DNA from: Candidatus Levyibacteriota bacterium
GTDB lineage: Bacteria; Patescibacteriota; Microgenomatia; Levybacterales; UBA12049
DNA length: 64,000 nucleotides
Assembly: GCA_963722305.1 (NCBI GenBank)
Contig: CAVRKE010000001.1
Location: 373,549 to 437,548, forward strand
Direction of reading: 5' to 3'
Position numbers and translations under genes: made by a program. Below the pieces are notes generated by a model. The model searched no databases, was not told the DNA's origin, and worked only from the letters and a program-made list of their open reading frames with translations. Shown here one piece after another: positions 19,478 through 27,771 of this stretch (position 1 is its first letter; each line of letters begins with the position of its first letter).

Positions 19478-19966
19478 TTATTGCGGTAGCACTTGCCCGG
19501 GCGAAACGCAAACCCTTCTAACCGGCTGGTTGGCAATCAGTGGCCCAATAACCATGCATTTTTCGCCTACTTTACAGTCGCTGTCGGATTTACAACCGGT
19601 TGGCAAAGGCACACCGGTTGGCGCAGCCGTTTGTAGCATCACCGGAGGATTTTGGTACGAAGACAAAGTTTTTTGATACCACACGCCAAGATAAAAGGCG
19701 ATAATCGGAAATACAATAAACATACTTAGTGCCAAGGCCTTAGAAAAAGGTGTTACCGTAAATAAATATTTATGCACTGTCGAATTCTTGGCCACAACTA
19801 GATTATAGCAGAATTTTTCCTCTCCATTTATTGACATTTTTCTATGCCGCATATACCATATAAAAATGCTGAATTTCTTAACCCGCCAAACTCTCCGTAA
19901 AGTTCCGGAGCTGACAATTTTTTTCTGGATTATTAAACTCTTGTCCACTGCGCTTGGTGAATCCAC
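19478..19966 (-). CDS. hypothetical membrane-anchored protein with Cys-rich extracytoplasmic C-terminus
   Basis: TM segment LALSMFIVFPIIAFYLGVWY followed by GCKSDSDCKVGEKCMVIGPL...RVCVSPG. True start probably internal. Confidence 0.3.
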   Translation of the reverse strand: MDSPSAVDKSLIIQKKIVSSGTLRRVWRVKKFSIFIWYMRHRKMSINGEEKFCYNLVVAKNSTVHKYLFTVTPFSKALALSMFIVFPIIAFYLGVWYQKTLSSYQNPPVMLQTAAPTGVPLPTGCKSDSDCKVGEKCMVIGPLIANQPVRRVCVSPGQVLPQ

Positions 19967-20618
19967 TTCCGACTATCTGGTTTTTCACATTAATCCTTAT
20001 ATTGCAGTTGCCCTGGGCGCAATCGGACTGGTGATATCTCTCATCTTACAGCTTTTTGTCAAACGTTATGTCGCCTGGATTTATTGGTTGGCTGTCGTGA
20101 TGGTGGCGATTTTTGGCACCATGGCCGCCGATGTTTTGCATGTCGGCTTTGGCATCCCCTACATTATTTCAAGCATTTTCTTTGCTGTTTCTTTGGCAAT
20201 AATTTTTGCACTTTGGTACTTGGTGGAAAAAACTTTATCCATCCACAGTATTTTGACGCTTCGGCGTGAATTATTTTATTGGGCCACCGTGATGGCCACT
20301 TTTGCGCTTGGCACCGCACTTGGCGATTTAACCGCCGCCACTTTCGGCCTAGGATATTTGTTATCAGGAATTTTGTTCGCAGTGATATTTATTATCCCTG
20401 CATTAGGATTTAAATTTGCAAAGTGGAATGCAATTTTTTCCTTTTGGTTTGCTTATGTGATAACCCGGCCGTTTGGCGCGTCGTTTGCGGATTATTTTGG
20501 CAAGCCAATTTTGGGAGGAGTTGGATTTGGCGACGAAATCACTTCGGCAGTCTTAGCGGTATTAATTATAATTTTCGTAGTTTACCTCTCGCTCTCCCAC
20601 AAAGACACCAAACAATAG
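19866..20618 (+). CDS. hypothetical polytopic membrane protein
   Basis: 6-7 predicted TM helices; no catalytic motif recognised. Confidence 0.45.
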   Translation: MLNFLTRQTLRKVPELTIFFWIIKLLSTALGESTSDYLVFHINPYIAVALGAIGLVISLILQLFVKRYVAWIYWLAVVMVAIFGTMAADVLHVGFGIPYIISSIFFAVSLAIIFALWYLVEKTLSIHSILTLRRELFYWATVMATFALGTALGDLTAATFGLGYLLSGILFAVIFIIPALGFKFAKWNAIFSFWFAYVITRPFGASFADYFGKPILGGVGFGDEITSAVLAVLIIIFVVYLSLSHKDTKQ

Positions 20619-20659
20619 AAAATTTTAGCAGAATTACAAACCGTGGAGTTGATTTATCT

Positions 20660-21382
20660 TCACCTGCGCACCTGCCTGCGTCGTCTTACACTAGTAGTAT
20701 TATTTCTTTTATTAAAAACCGTTAACATATAGAATGACTTAAACATCGAGTCATAAAATCCTTCAAGATATTGACTGCTCATATAATTTGAGTAAAACAA
20801 TAAACCAATTAATAATAGTATTATTGGACCGTTAATCCTAAACAGGAAAATAAAGTACATAATTTTTTTAGCAAAACATAATTTAATTGAAATTAGTAGA
20901 AAAAAAGCGAGAAGTGCAAAAAACGTATTTGACCAAAAGGCAAATCGTGACGAAAAATGATTTACTTGAAAAGCAGCCTTTTCCCCGCGCAACCAATTAT
21001 CCATAAAATAAAATGTTGCAATTAATTTTTCTTCATCGTTTACGTTAGCACCGATATCCAGAGATTTCTTTACCTTTATAAATTTCTTTTCGTTTTCTTT
21101 TTTCTTTATAACATTACTCATTACGTTATAATTCCACATAAGGTATTTCCTTGCCAATTTTGTCATTCCTTGAAAAATAAAACCGGATGTAAGACCTAAA
21201 AATAAATACAAAAATATCAATACTAAAGAGTCTGGTTGTTTATTAAATGACAGTAACGATGAAACATCAAATATTTTGAAATAACTCATTAGAACAATGA
21301 ACAAACTACCGGGAATTACATTATAAAAAAACTCTACTATCGAAGCATCTGTGTTCATTAAAAAACTGCCTCTCGGCAGCAA
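20660..21382 (-). CDS. hypothetical membrane protein, very AT-rich (likely foreign origin); probable true start ATG at about 21358
   Basis: 240-aa ORF, GC about 28 percent, several TM helices. Confidence 0.4.
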   Translation of the reverse strand: MLPRGSFLMNTDASIVEFFYNVIPGSLFIVLMSYFKIFDVSSLLSFNKQPDSLVLIFLYLFLGLTSGFIFQGMTKLARKYLMWNYNVMSNVIKKKENEKKFIKVKKSLDIGANVNDEEKLIATFYFMDNWLRGEKAAFQVNHFSSRFAFWSNTFFALLAFFLLISIKLCFAKKIMYFIFLFRINGPIILLLIGLLFYSNYMSSQYLEGFYDSMFKSFYMLTVFNKRNNTTSVRRRRQVRR

Positions 21383-21390
21383 TTAGAATT

Positions 21391-21420
21391 TACTCCCCTT
21401 TCCGTACTTTTGCAAGTACC
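21391..21420 (+). repeat. island repeat copy a (ACTCCCCTTTCCGTACTTTTGCAAGTACCT)
   Basis: Member of an 8-copy ~30-nt family; between divergent gene starts. Confidence 0.7.
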
Positions 21421-21424
21421 TTAG

Positions 21425-21730
21425 TTGGTAAAGTATAATGAATATATGCACGCCTATTATATCTGGTATTTTTTAATCGGCGGATTCCTCGCAAATGGTA
21501 TGCCCCATTTTATTTGGGGACTATCAAATACTATTGCCCGTAGTCCCTTTGGCCAACATACAAAACCGAAAATTAACTTTTTGTGGGGACTGACAAATTT
21601 TATTGCAGCAACTTTACTATCTATTTGGCAAATCTATGCAAAAACATTTTCAGGTATTGCGCTGGTGTTTTTGCTGATAGGCTTTTGGCTAATGACTGCC
21701 TCGTTTGGTTTGGGAATTAAAAGATTTTAA
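21425..21730 (+). CDS. small hypothetical membrane protein; likely true start ATG at 21446 (leaderless; TATAAT ends 7 nt upstream)
   Basis: 3 TM helices; TTGCAA-N18-TATAAT promoter partly inside repeat a. Confidence 0.4.
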   Translation: MVKYNEYMHAYYIWYFLIGGFLANGMPHFIWGLSNTIARSPFGQHTKPKINFLWGLTNFIAATLLSIWQIYAKTFSGIALVFLLIGFWLMTASFGLGIKRF

Positions 21731-21750
21731 AGCAGTAGAAAACTATACTG

Positions 21751-21780
21751 CTCATCCCTTTCCGTACTTTGTCAAGGCTA
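21751..21780 (+). repeat. island repeat copy b (CTCATCCCTTTCCGTACTTTGTCAAGGCTA)
   Basis: Between convergent gene ends. Confidence 0.7.
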
Positions 21781-21783
21781 AAA

Positions 21784-22296
21784 TTATTTAGTGAAAATGG
21801 AGCCGAAGCGACCTTCGGAAATTAGTTTTATAACTTCTTCCCGAGCAAAAATCTTTCCGTTCATGCAGACATAAATTCCCGCTTTGAGCTCCTGCGATTT
21901 TGCTACTGCATAACCTAAGTTAAAACCGGCATCGGACGGTACAAAACCGGACAAAGGAATCATTGAGCCAACCAATATAATAACCTTGTCATTATTAGTA
22001 AGATTTTCTTTTAAGTATCTGGCTGTATCCGGCATTGTATATGTTCCATGTGTAACAATGATTCTTTTAGAGGAACTGTTATTAATGGCGTTGATAATTC
22101 TCTTTCTATCATCTTGTGTTATATCGCGGCTGTCTTTCATACAGATATCTGTAAACTCACACTCTTCATAAAGTTTTAAGAGCTTAACGTATTGAGGAAC
22201 CGTTGAATGATCATTCGGGACAACAGTATCTTTGTTGCCATCATAAACAGAATCGATAGTTCCACCGGTAATAATAACATGCAAAGCATCGGCCAT
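21784..22296 (-). CDS. L-asparaginase/glutaminase N-terminal-domain protein
   Basis: Asparaginase signature VIITGGTIDS near N-terminus; only ~170 aa, so one domain only. Confidence 0.55.
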   Translation of the reverse strand: MADALHVIITGGTIDSVYDGNKDTVVPNDHSTVPQYVKLLKLYEECEFTDICMKDSRDITQDDRKRIINAINNSSSKRIIVTHGTYTMPDTARYLKENLTNNDKVIILVGSMIPLSGFVPSDAGFNLGYAVAKSQELKAGIYVCMNGKIFAREEVIKLISEGRFGSIFTK

Positions 22297-22317
22297 AGAA
22301 TGATTATAGCAAAAATT

Positions 22318-22347
22318 TACTCCCCTTTCCGCCCGTTGTCAAGGCTG
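22318..22347 (+). repeat. island repeat copy c (TACTCCCCTTTCCGCCCGTTGTCAAGGCTG)
   Basis: Read on the minus strand it gives TTGACA-N17-TAAATT upstream of the asparaginase-like gene. Confidence 0.7.
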
Positions 22348-22351
22348 GTGG

Positions 22352-22600
22352 TTAATTATAAGCGCCCTGTCTATGCGTGATTTTATGAACTTCTATTCTG
22401 TCTGCTTTTTTATTTATTTCATAAATAATTCTGTACGGCCAGACACGGAGAGACCAAAAATCGGCCAGTTCTCCGCTAAGTTTTTTACCGGAATATGGAT
22501 TTTTGCCTAGAACTTCAAGCTTTTTGTAGATTTTTATTTGAGCGGCTTTGGGGAGACGGCTACATTGTTTTTGAGCATCTTCGGATAAGGCAATCTTCAT
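22352..22600 (-). CDS. type II toxin, RelE/ParE family
   Basis: 82-aa basic protein with RelE/YafQ-like C-terminus (RIEVHKITHRQGAY). Confidence 0.75.
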   Translation of the reverse strand: MKIALSEDAQKQCSRLPKAAQIKIYKKLEVLGKNPYSGKKLSGELADFWSLRVWPYRIIYEINKKADRIEVHKITHRQGAYN

Positions 22601-22612
22601 TTGGCAAAAAAA

Positions 22613-22875
22613 TTATCTTAAGTCTTTTAAATCAGACAAAAGCGCAAATTTTCCTGCTTTAATCTGCCTGCGACTTTTTTCAAGGTCTTTCTTAATATTT
22701 GGTATTGCCAAAACTTCTGCAGTTTCTTCTAAAGACTCGAGCTCTTCAAAGCTCAAAACCACAGCTTTTGGCTTGCCATTTACAGTAATTGTTGCTCTAT
22801 CCATATTCTTACTTATCTTATTAATAAGATTTGGAAGGATTGCTCTTGCGTCTGATATTGATATAAAATTACTCA
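22613..22875 (-). CDS. type II antitoxin, Phd/YefM family (probable start at 22876; tool ORF runs to 22933)
   Basis: ISISDARAILPNLINKI...ATITVNGKPKAVVLSFEELESLEET typical Phd/YefM. Promoter TTGACA-N17-TACATT with TGTACA repeats just upstream. Confidence 0.7.
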
Positions 22876-22911
22876 TGTAACTAATGTACACTAATATGTA
22901 CAATTTGTCAA

Positions 22912-22970
22912 CCTCCTTTTTGCCCTTTTGCAAGCCCCAAGGTCGCTACGTTCGGCCCGTTGTGAAATGC
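22912..22970 (+). repeat. island repeat copy d (1.5 copies: CCTCCTTTTTGCCCTTTTGCAAGCCCC ... GCCCGTTGTGAAATGC)
   Basis: Between divergent starts of the TA operon and the ICMT gene. Confidence 0.6.
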
Positions 22971-22986
22971 ATGTTATAATTTATAA

Positions 22987-23592
22987 ATGATAAATATTCC
23001 GGCATACCTTGTTGGAGGCTGTTGGATTATCTTTATAGCCTACTGGTTTATATCCGCAAGGTCAGTAAAACCAACTCAGCAAGTCCAATCAGGCTTATGG
23101 AAATTCAGAGGTATTGTTATTTTAGTTTTCGCCGTAATAATTACTCTCTACCGCCTTTTAGGTCTTAATGGCTGCAAAATTGATGCAAGCGGCTGCCATT
23201 ATTACTTACTGACATTGCCTAATAAAGAACCAATCGCTATTCAATATCTGGCAACTCTTCTTTCAATCATTGGACTTATTATTGCAGTAATCGCCAGAAG
23301 ACAACTGGCCGACAATTGGAGCGCCTCGGTAGAGCTAAAAAAAGGGCATGAGCTGATTACTACCGGCATCTACGGTTTAGTCAGACACCCAATTTACGCA
23401 GGGATGCTTTTGATGAGTTTAGGGGCTGCTACTTTTATAAATGCCGTTGTTTTTTGGGTAATTTTGATAGTTGTGGTTGTTCTTTTTGGCTACAGAGCCA
23501 AACAAGAAGAAGCCTTAATGACAAAAACTTTTCCCAAAGAATATCCGGAGTATAAGAAAAAAGTCAAAGCCCTCATTCCTTTTATTTTCTAG
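22987..23592 (+). CDS. isoprenylcysteine carboxyl methyltransferase (ICMT/PEMT) family membrane methyltransferase
   Basis: GIYGLVRHPIYAGMLLMSLG signature; TATAAT-N8-ATG upstream (leaderless-type). Confidence 0.7.
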   Translation: MINIPAYLVGGCWIIFIAYWFISARSVKPTQQVQSGLWKFRGIVILVFAVIITLYRLLGLNGCKIDASGCHYYLLTLPNKEPIAIQYLATLLSIIGLIIAVIARRQLADNWSASVELKKGHELITTGIYGLVRHPIYAGMLLMSLGAATFINAVVFWVILIVVVVLFGYRAKQEEALMTKTFPKEYPEYKKKVKALIPFIF

Positions 23593-23633
23593 CTCTCCTT
23601 TTACTAAGGTCGATGCAGATTTACTTTAGGATG

Positions 23634-24278
23634 TTAAGCAAATGAGCCGGTTTTTACTTTGCCGGCGCGTTCATACGAAGCAATGATTATGCCTTTAGGG
23701 GATACGCTTGATTCTTTCAGAGTGAATGCCGCCGGGATTGTCCCTTCGGCAAACAAACGCTTACCAGACCCCAGAGTTACGGGAAAAATTTTAAGCCATA
23801 ACTGATCAACGAGACCGTTTTTTAAAAGTGTTTGAATAAGATTTCCGCTTCCATGTACCTGCAAATCCGGCCCTTTACCTTTCTTTATTTTTTTAATTTG
23901 CCCCACGACATCTCTGTTAATGAGAACCGATTTCTCCCAATAGGGTTTGAAATTCCGGTGTGAAACTACATATTTTATGGCTTTATTAAAGGGTTTTCCC
24001 ACTTCATCGTTATGCTCGGGCCAGTAGGACGCAAAAATATCGTAAGTTTTTCTGCCAAGCAATAAATCGAAAGGTCTGCCCATTTGCTTAGCCATTACTT
24101 TACCTGAGAATTTGTCGAAATAAGGAAAGGTCCACCCGCCGTAGGAAAAACCTCCCGAAGTATCTTCTTTCGGACCACCGGGAGCCTGCATTATCCCGTC
24201 TAGCGAGATAAAAGTAAGCACGATTATTTTTCTCATAATTTGAACATTAAGCAGCTTTTTTGAGGTCTTCGATAACAA
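23634..24278 (-). CDS. dihydrofolate reductase-like protein (RibD C-terminal domain family); likely start at MRKIIVL
   Basis: IVLTFISLDGIMQAPGGP and GRKTYDIF motifs of COG0262-type reductases. Confidence 0.6.
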   Translation of the reverse strand: MLSKTSKKLLNVQIMRKIIVLTFISLDGIMQAPGGPKEDTSGGFSYGGWTFPYFDKFSGKVMAKQMGRPFDLLLGRKTYDIFASYWPEHNDEVGKPFNKAIKYVVSHRNFKPYWEKSVLINRDVVGQIKKIKKGKGPDLQVHGSGNLIQTLLKNGLVDQLWLKIFPVTLGSGKRLFAEGTIPAAFTLKESSVSPKGIIIASYERAGKVKTGSFA

Positions 24279-24699
24279 TTTTTTTCATCTTAAGCAGCGC
24301 TTCCATGGCCGGTTTTGAATTGACCAATTCCCCCACATTTTCCGGGACTATTTGCCATGACAAGCCAAATTTATCTTTTAGCCAACCACACTGCTCTGAT
24401 TCGGGAACCGCAGAAAGTTTTTCCCAATAATAATCTATCTCTTCCTGGTCTTTACATTTAACAACGAAAGAAATGGCTTCATTGAATTTAAAAAAAGGTC
24501 CGCCGTTTATGGCAGTAAATTCTTGACCGTCGAGCAAAAAATTGACAGTCATCACCGAGCCCACCGGAAGCTTTGACGGAGTTTCCATTTCGTAGTGAGT
24601 TTTGGAAAGTATTTTTGAGTTTTTAAAAACAGATACGTAAAACTCCGCCGCTTCTTCGGCATTTTTGTCAAACCATAAAAAGGGCGATATTTTTTGCAT
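24247..24699 (-). CDS. VOC/PhnB-like family protein
   Basis: 150 aa with PFLWFD...NGGP...WGLSWQI pattern of PhnB/3-demethylubiquinone methyltransferase-like VOC proteins; overlaps the DHFR-like gene by 32 nt. Confidence 0.5.
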   Translation of the reverse strand: MQKISPFLWFDKNAEEAAEFYVSVFKNSKILSKTHYEMETPSKLPVGSVMTVNFLLDGQEFTAINGGPFFKFNEAISFVVKCKDQEEIDYYWEKLSAVPESEQCGWLKDKFGLSWQIVPENVGELVNSKPAMEALLKMKKIVIEDLKKAA

Positions 24700-24782
24700 A
24701 CAAAGAACTTAACAAACAAACCGAATAAAATCTGTAAGTTATATTACATGCATTTTTTGCTAAATTACAGTAGAATGAAACT

Positions 24783-25223
24783 ATGAAGACAGCCACTAAA
24801 ACGGTCAAGGGATTTTCGGATGAGGAAAGAAAAGCAATGCAGGAACGGGCTAAAGAGCTGGCAGCCCAGGCGCGATCAAATAAGAATAAAGCTCAAGGGG
24901 AAAATGACGTTCTTCAAGCAATCACAAAAATGTCTGAGCCGGATCGCGGCCTTGCCAAACGGCTCCACGCTCTTATTAAAGAAAACGCGCCAGCCCTCTC
25001 GCCAAAAACTTGGTATGGGTTCCCCGCCTATGCAAAGGGTGACAAAGTCGTCTGCTTTTTCCAATATGCGGGAAAGTTTAAGACAAGGTACGCGACCTTG
25101 GGCTTTTCCGACGCGGCAAACTTAGATGAAGGCCAAATGTGGCCGGTTACTTTTGCCTTGACAAAACTGACTCCCACCGAAGAAGCAAAAATTATTGCGC
25201 TATTAAAAAAAGCAGTCAGCTAA
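24783..25223 (+). CDS. DUF1801 (YdhG-like) domain protein
   Basis: PKTWYGFPAYAKGDKVVCFFQYAGKFKTRYATLGF resembles the DUF1801 core. Confidence 0.4.
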   Translation: MKTATKTVKGFSDEERKAMQERAKELAAQARSNKNKAQGENDVLQAITKMSEPDRGLAKRLHALIKENAPALSPKTWYGFPAYAKGDKVVCFFQYAGKFKTRYATLGFSDAANLDEGQMWPVTFALTKLTPTEEAKIIALLKKAVS

Positions 25224-25238
25224 TAACTAATTTCAGAA

Positions 25239-25268
25239 CTCTCCTTCCTTTTGCCCGTTGTCAAATGG
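25239..25268 (+). repeat. island repeat copy e (CTCTCCTTCCTTTTGCCCGTTGTCAAATGG)
   Basis: Between convergent gene ends. Confidence 0.7.
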
Positions 25269-25272
25269 ATTA

Positions 25273-26121
25273 TTATCTGGCAACTATTAACGGTCGGGAT
25301 AAGCTATTTGCATGATCTTCAGCACTGTCATCGTTGTCCACTAAACCTATCCGACCATCATAATTATAAAAGACCATATGCTTCCCAAGGTAAACCCTTA
25401 ATTCCCATACATTTCCACCATCCACAGGTTGCGATAGTTCCTGTGATCCAACCATTAATAAATGGTTACCTCTATCTCCTGGCTTATCATCTAAAACCTC
25501 CGGATGCAATAAGTAATAATAAATTCCCTCTAAAACCGTAGCTCCACGCTCATCAGGCCGAAGGTATTTTCTTATCACAGGAATAGATTCAGCAAATTCC
25601 GTGTCATGAACATTGGTTCTGATAAACTCTACAATTTCCGGGCTTAGCTCATCATGGCCTAAATTTTTCGTATAGTTATCGTAGTCATCTATAATTATTT
25701 TTCTTAATTGGTCGCGGTTTCTGGTTTCTGCATAAATAGCGTATGGCAGATCCGGAGACGTAAATCGGTTGCCGGGCCAATCTGTAATCGGCTGACCGAC
25801 TAATGCCTGAGGAACACCAACTATTTCCAATAAACGCTGCCAGGAAATTCTTGGATCGATTAAGGTCGGAACGTCACCAAACTTATCTCGAAATTCGGGA
25901 AGCTTGGGTAAAAATCGCGGTAATGAATCTAGGTATGCTTGCGGGGATGGATATCCAAGTTCTTTGTCAAAACCAAACTCCAATAGCCTGTTTGCCTGCA
26001 CTGTCCATAAACTATCTAACCTGCTCCTTTCCGCCGATGCTGTGGTGACAAGAGCTCCAACTTCATCTCTTTTTGCCCCGATTGGAAAACCAGTTTTTCT
26101 GTGATTTTCGTTTACTGCCAT
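25273..26121 (-). CDS. hypothetical protein (higher GC); TATAAT 7 nt upstream of ATG
   Basis: 282-aa ORF without recognisable domain. Confidence 0.3.
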   Translation of the reverse strand: MAVNENHRKTGFPIGAKRDEVGALVTTASAERSRLDSLWTVQANRLLEFGFDKELGYPSPQAYLDSLPRFLPKLPEFRDKFGDVPTLIDPRISWQRLLEIVGVPQALVGQPITDWPGNRFTSPDLPYAIYAETRNRDQLRKIIIDDYDNYTKNLGHDELSPEIVEFIRTNVHDTEFAESIPVIRKYLRPDERGATVLEGIYYYLLHPEVLDDKPGDRGNHLLMVGSQELSQPVDGGNVWELRVYLGKHMVFYNYDGRIGLVDNDDSAEDHANSLSRPLIVAR

Positions 26122-26153
26122 AAGAGTAATTATAACACTACTATAAGATAAAA

Positions 26154-26186
26154 GCTACCCCTTTCCATCAGTTGTCAAAACTAAGG
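26154..26186 (+). repeat. island repeat copy f (GCTACCCCTTTCCATCAGTTGTCAAAACTAAGG)
   Basis: Between tandem minus-strand genes. Confidence 0.7.
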
Positions 26187-26191
26187 AGTTG

Positions 26192-26641
26192 TTACTGAAG
26201 TTGGCCTAAATCGGCGAGGATTTGGGTAAAGTGCGTCAACGGATTAACGCTTTTGTATTCTTTGACTATTTCGCCTTCCGGATTAATTAAATACGAATTT
26301 CTTTGCGTTCCCGTAAATTCTCTGCCCATAAATTTCTTCGTTCCCCATGCCCCGTAACTTTCGATAATTTTATGATCCGAATCCGAAAGTAAAATAAAAT
26401 TGAGTTTATATTTGTCGGCAAATTTTTTATGTGATACAACGCTGTCCTTGGAAATTCCGACTACTGTTACTCCCCTTTTTGTAAATTCGCTAAGACCGTC
26501 GCGGAAATTACACGCTTCTTTGGTGCAACCGGGGGTATCATCTTTTGGATAAAAATAAATAAGCAACCACTTTCCTTTGTACTCTAACAACTTGTGAAAT
26601 TCCCCGTTTTGGTCAGGTAAACTAAAATCTTTTGCTTTCAC
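26192..26641 (-). CDS. bcp: thiol peroxidase Bcp (peroxiredoxin Q family)
   Basis: FYPKDDTPGCTKEACNFRD peroxiredoxin active-site motif. Confidence 0.85.
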   Translation of the reverse strand: MKAKDFSLPDQNGEFHKLLEYKGKWLLIYFYPKDDTPGCTKEACNFRDGLSEFTKRGVTVVGISKDSVVSHKKFADKYKLNFILLSDSDHKIIESYGAWGTKKFMGREFTGTQRNSYLINPEGEIVKEYKSVNPLTHFTQILADLGQLQ

Positions 26642-26677
26642 GCGCGAAGCACATCCTCTTCTTTTTCACGCTTATTG

Positions 26678-26695
26678 TCTGTAAGCTTGCTTACA
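26678..26695. promoter_or_regulatory. perfect 8-2-8 palindrome CTGTAAGC-TT-GCTTACAG in the bcp/qor divergent intergenic region (candidate operator)
   Basis: Read directly; nested in outer CTTATT...AATAAG inverted repeat. Confidence 0.45.
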
Positions 26696-26733
26696 GCTGT
26701 TTGTTGTAATAAGCGCTAAAATGATATCAGTAA

Positions 26734-27669
26734 ATGAAGGCAGCACAGGTTAAAAACTATGGCGGCAATGACGCTATAGAAGTGGTGGACGCTAGCGCGC
26801 TTACCCCACAAAAGGGGCAGGTTTTGGTTGAAGTGTATGCCGCGAGTTTAAACCGGATTGATTCTTTTTTTCTGGCCGGCGGATTACAAGCGTGGCTTAA
26901 AATTGAACTGCCCCAAACTTTAGGCGGAGATTTTGCCGGGGTCATAACCGAAATAGGAGAAGGAGTAACCGATTTTAAAGTCGGTGACGAAGTTTACGGG
27001 AATGCCGGAGTATACAGGGGCGGGTCGGGTTCGCTGGCAAACTTTGTAGTATCCAACGTTGATAATACCGCTCTTAAACCTAAATCCCTTGATTTTAGTC
27101 AGTCGGCCGCACTTCCCTTAGCCGGAGCCAGTGCCCTACAGGGAATTGAAGAAGAATTAAAACTCCAAAAAGGACAAAAAGTGCTAATTCAAGGAGGAGC
27201 AGGTGGAATCGGAGCTTTTGCAATTCAGATTGCCAAAACGCTCGGAGTGTATGTGGCAACCACAGTCGGAAGCGATGATGTTGAGTTTGCCAAAAGTCTT
27301 GGCGCCGATGAAGTGATTGACTACAAAACACAAGACGCATCACAAATTTTAAAAGATTACGACGCAGTTTTTAATACGGCTAATCCGCAAGAAGCAGGTA
27401 AATTGTTTGCAATCCTGAAAAAAGGCGGCAAATTTGTTTCGATGACCGGCCAACCGGACTTAGAGCTTGCCAAGAAATATGCAGTAACCGCTGTTGGTCA
27501 GGCAACCAAAACAAGTTCCGAACAATTAAAAAGAATTGCCGAGCTTGTTGACAACAAAAAACTAAAAGTATACGTCGAAAAGACTTTCCCGTTTGCCCAA
27601 ACCAAAGAAGCATTTGCCTATTTCGAAACCCAACACCCCAGAGGAAAAGTAGTTGTGAATGTAAAGTAG
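26734..27669 (+). CDS. NADPH:quinone oxidoreductase (zinc-type alcohol dehydrogenase/MDR superfamily)
   Basis: MDR fold with cofactor-binding GGAGGIGAFAIQIAK. Confidence 0.8.
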   Translation: MKAAQVKNYGGNDAIEVVDASALTPQKGQVLVEVYAASLNRIDSFFLAGGLQAWLKIELPQTLGGDFAGVITEIGEGVTDFKVGDEVYGNAGVYRGGSGSLANFVVSNVDNTALKPKSLDFSQSAALPLAGASALQGIEEELKLQKGQKVLIQGGAGGIGAFAIQIAKTLGVYVATTVGSDDVEFAKSLGADEVIDYKTQDASQILKDYDAVFNTANPQEAGKLFAILKKGGKFVSMTGQPDLELAKKYAVTAVGQATKTSSEQLKRIAELVDNKKLKVYVEKTFPFAQTKEAFAYFETQHPRGKVVVNVK

Positions 27670-27684
27670 AATCAAGAATTTTTT

Positions 27685-27714
27685 TCTCCCCTTTTCGTCC
27701 GTTTGCAAGTACCT
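27685..27714 (+). repeat. island repeat copy g (TTCTCCCCTTTTCGTCCGTTTGCAAGTACC)
   Basis: Between convergent gene ends; followed by GTCCG...CGGAC stem. Confidence 0.7.
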
Positions 27715-27771
27715 CGCTGACGCTTCGGACCGTTATTAAATCAAAAAACTTTGGGATTTATAATTAATGAT

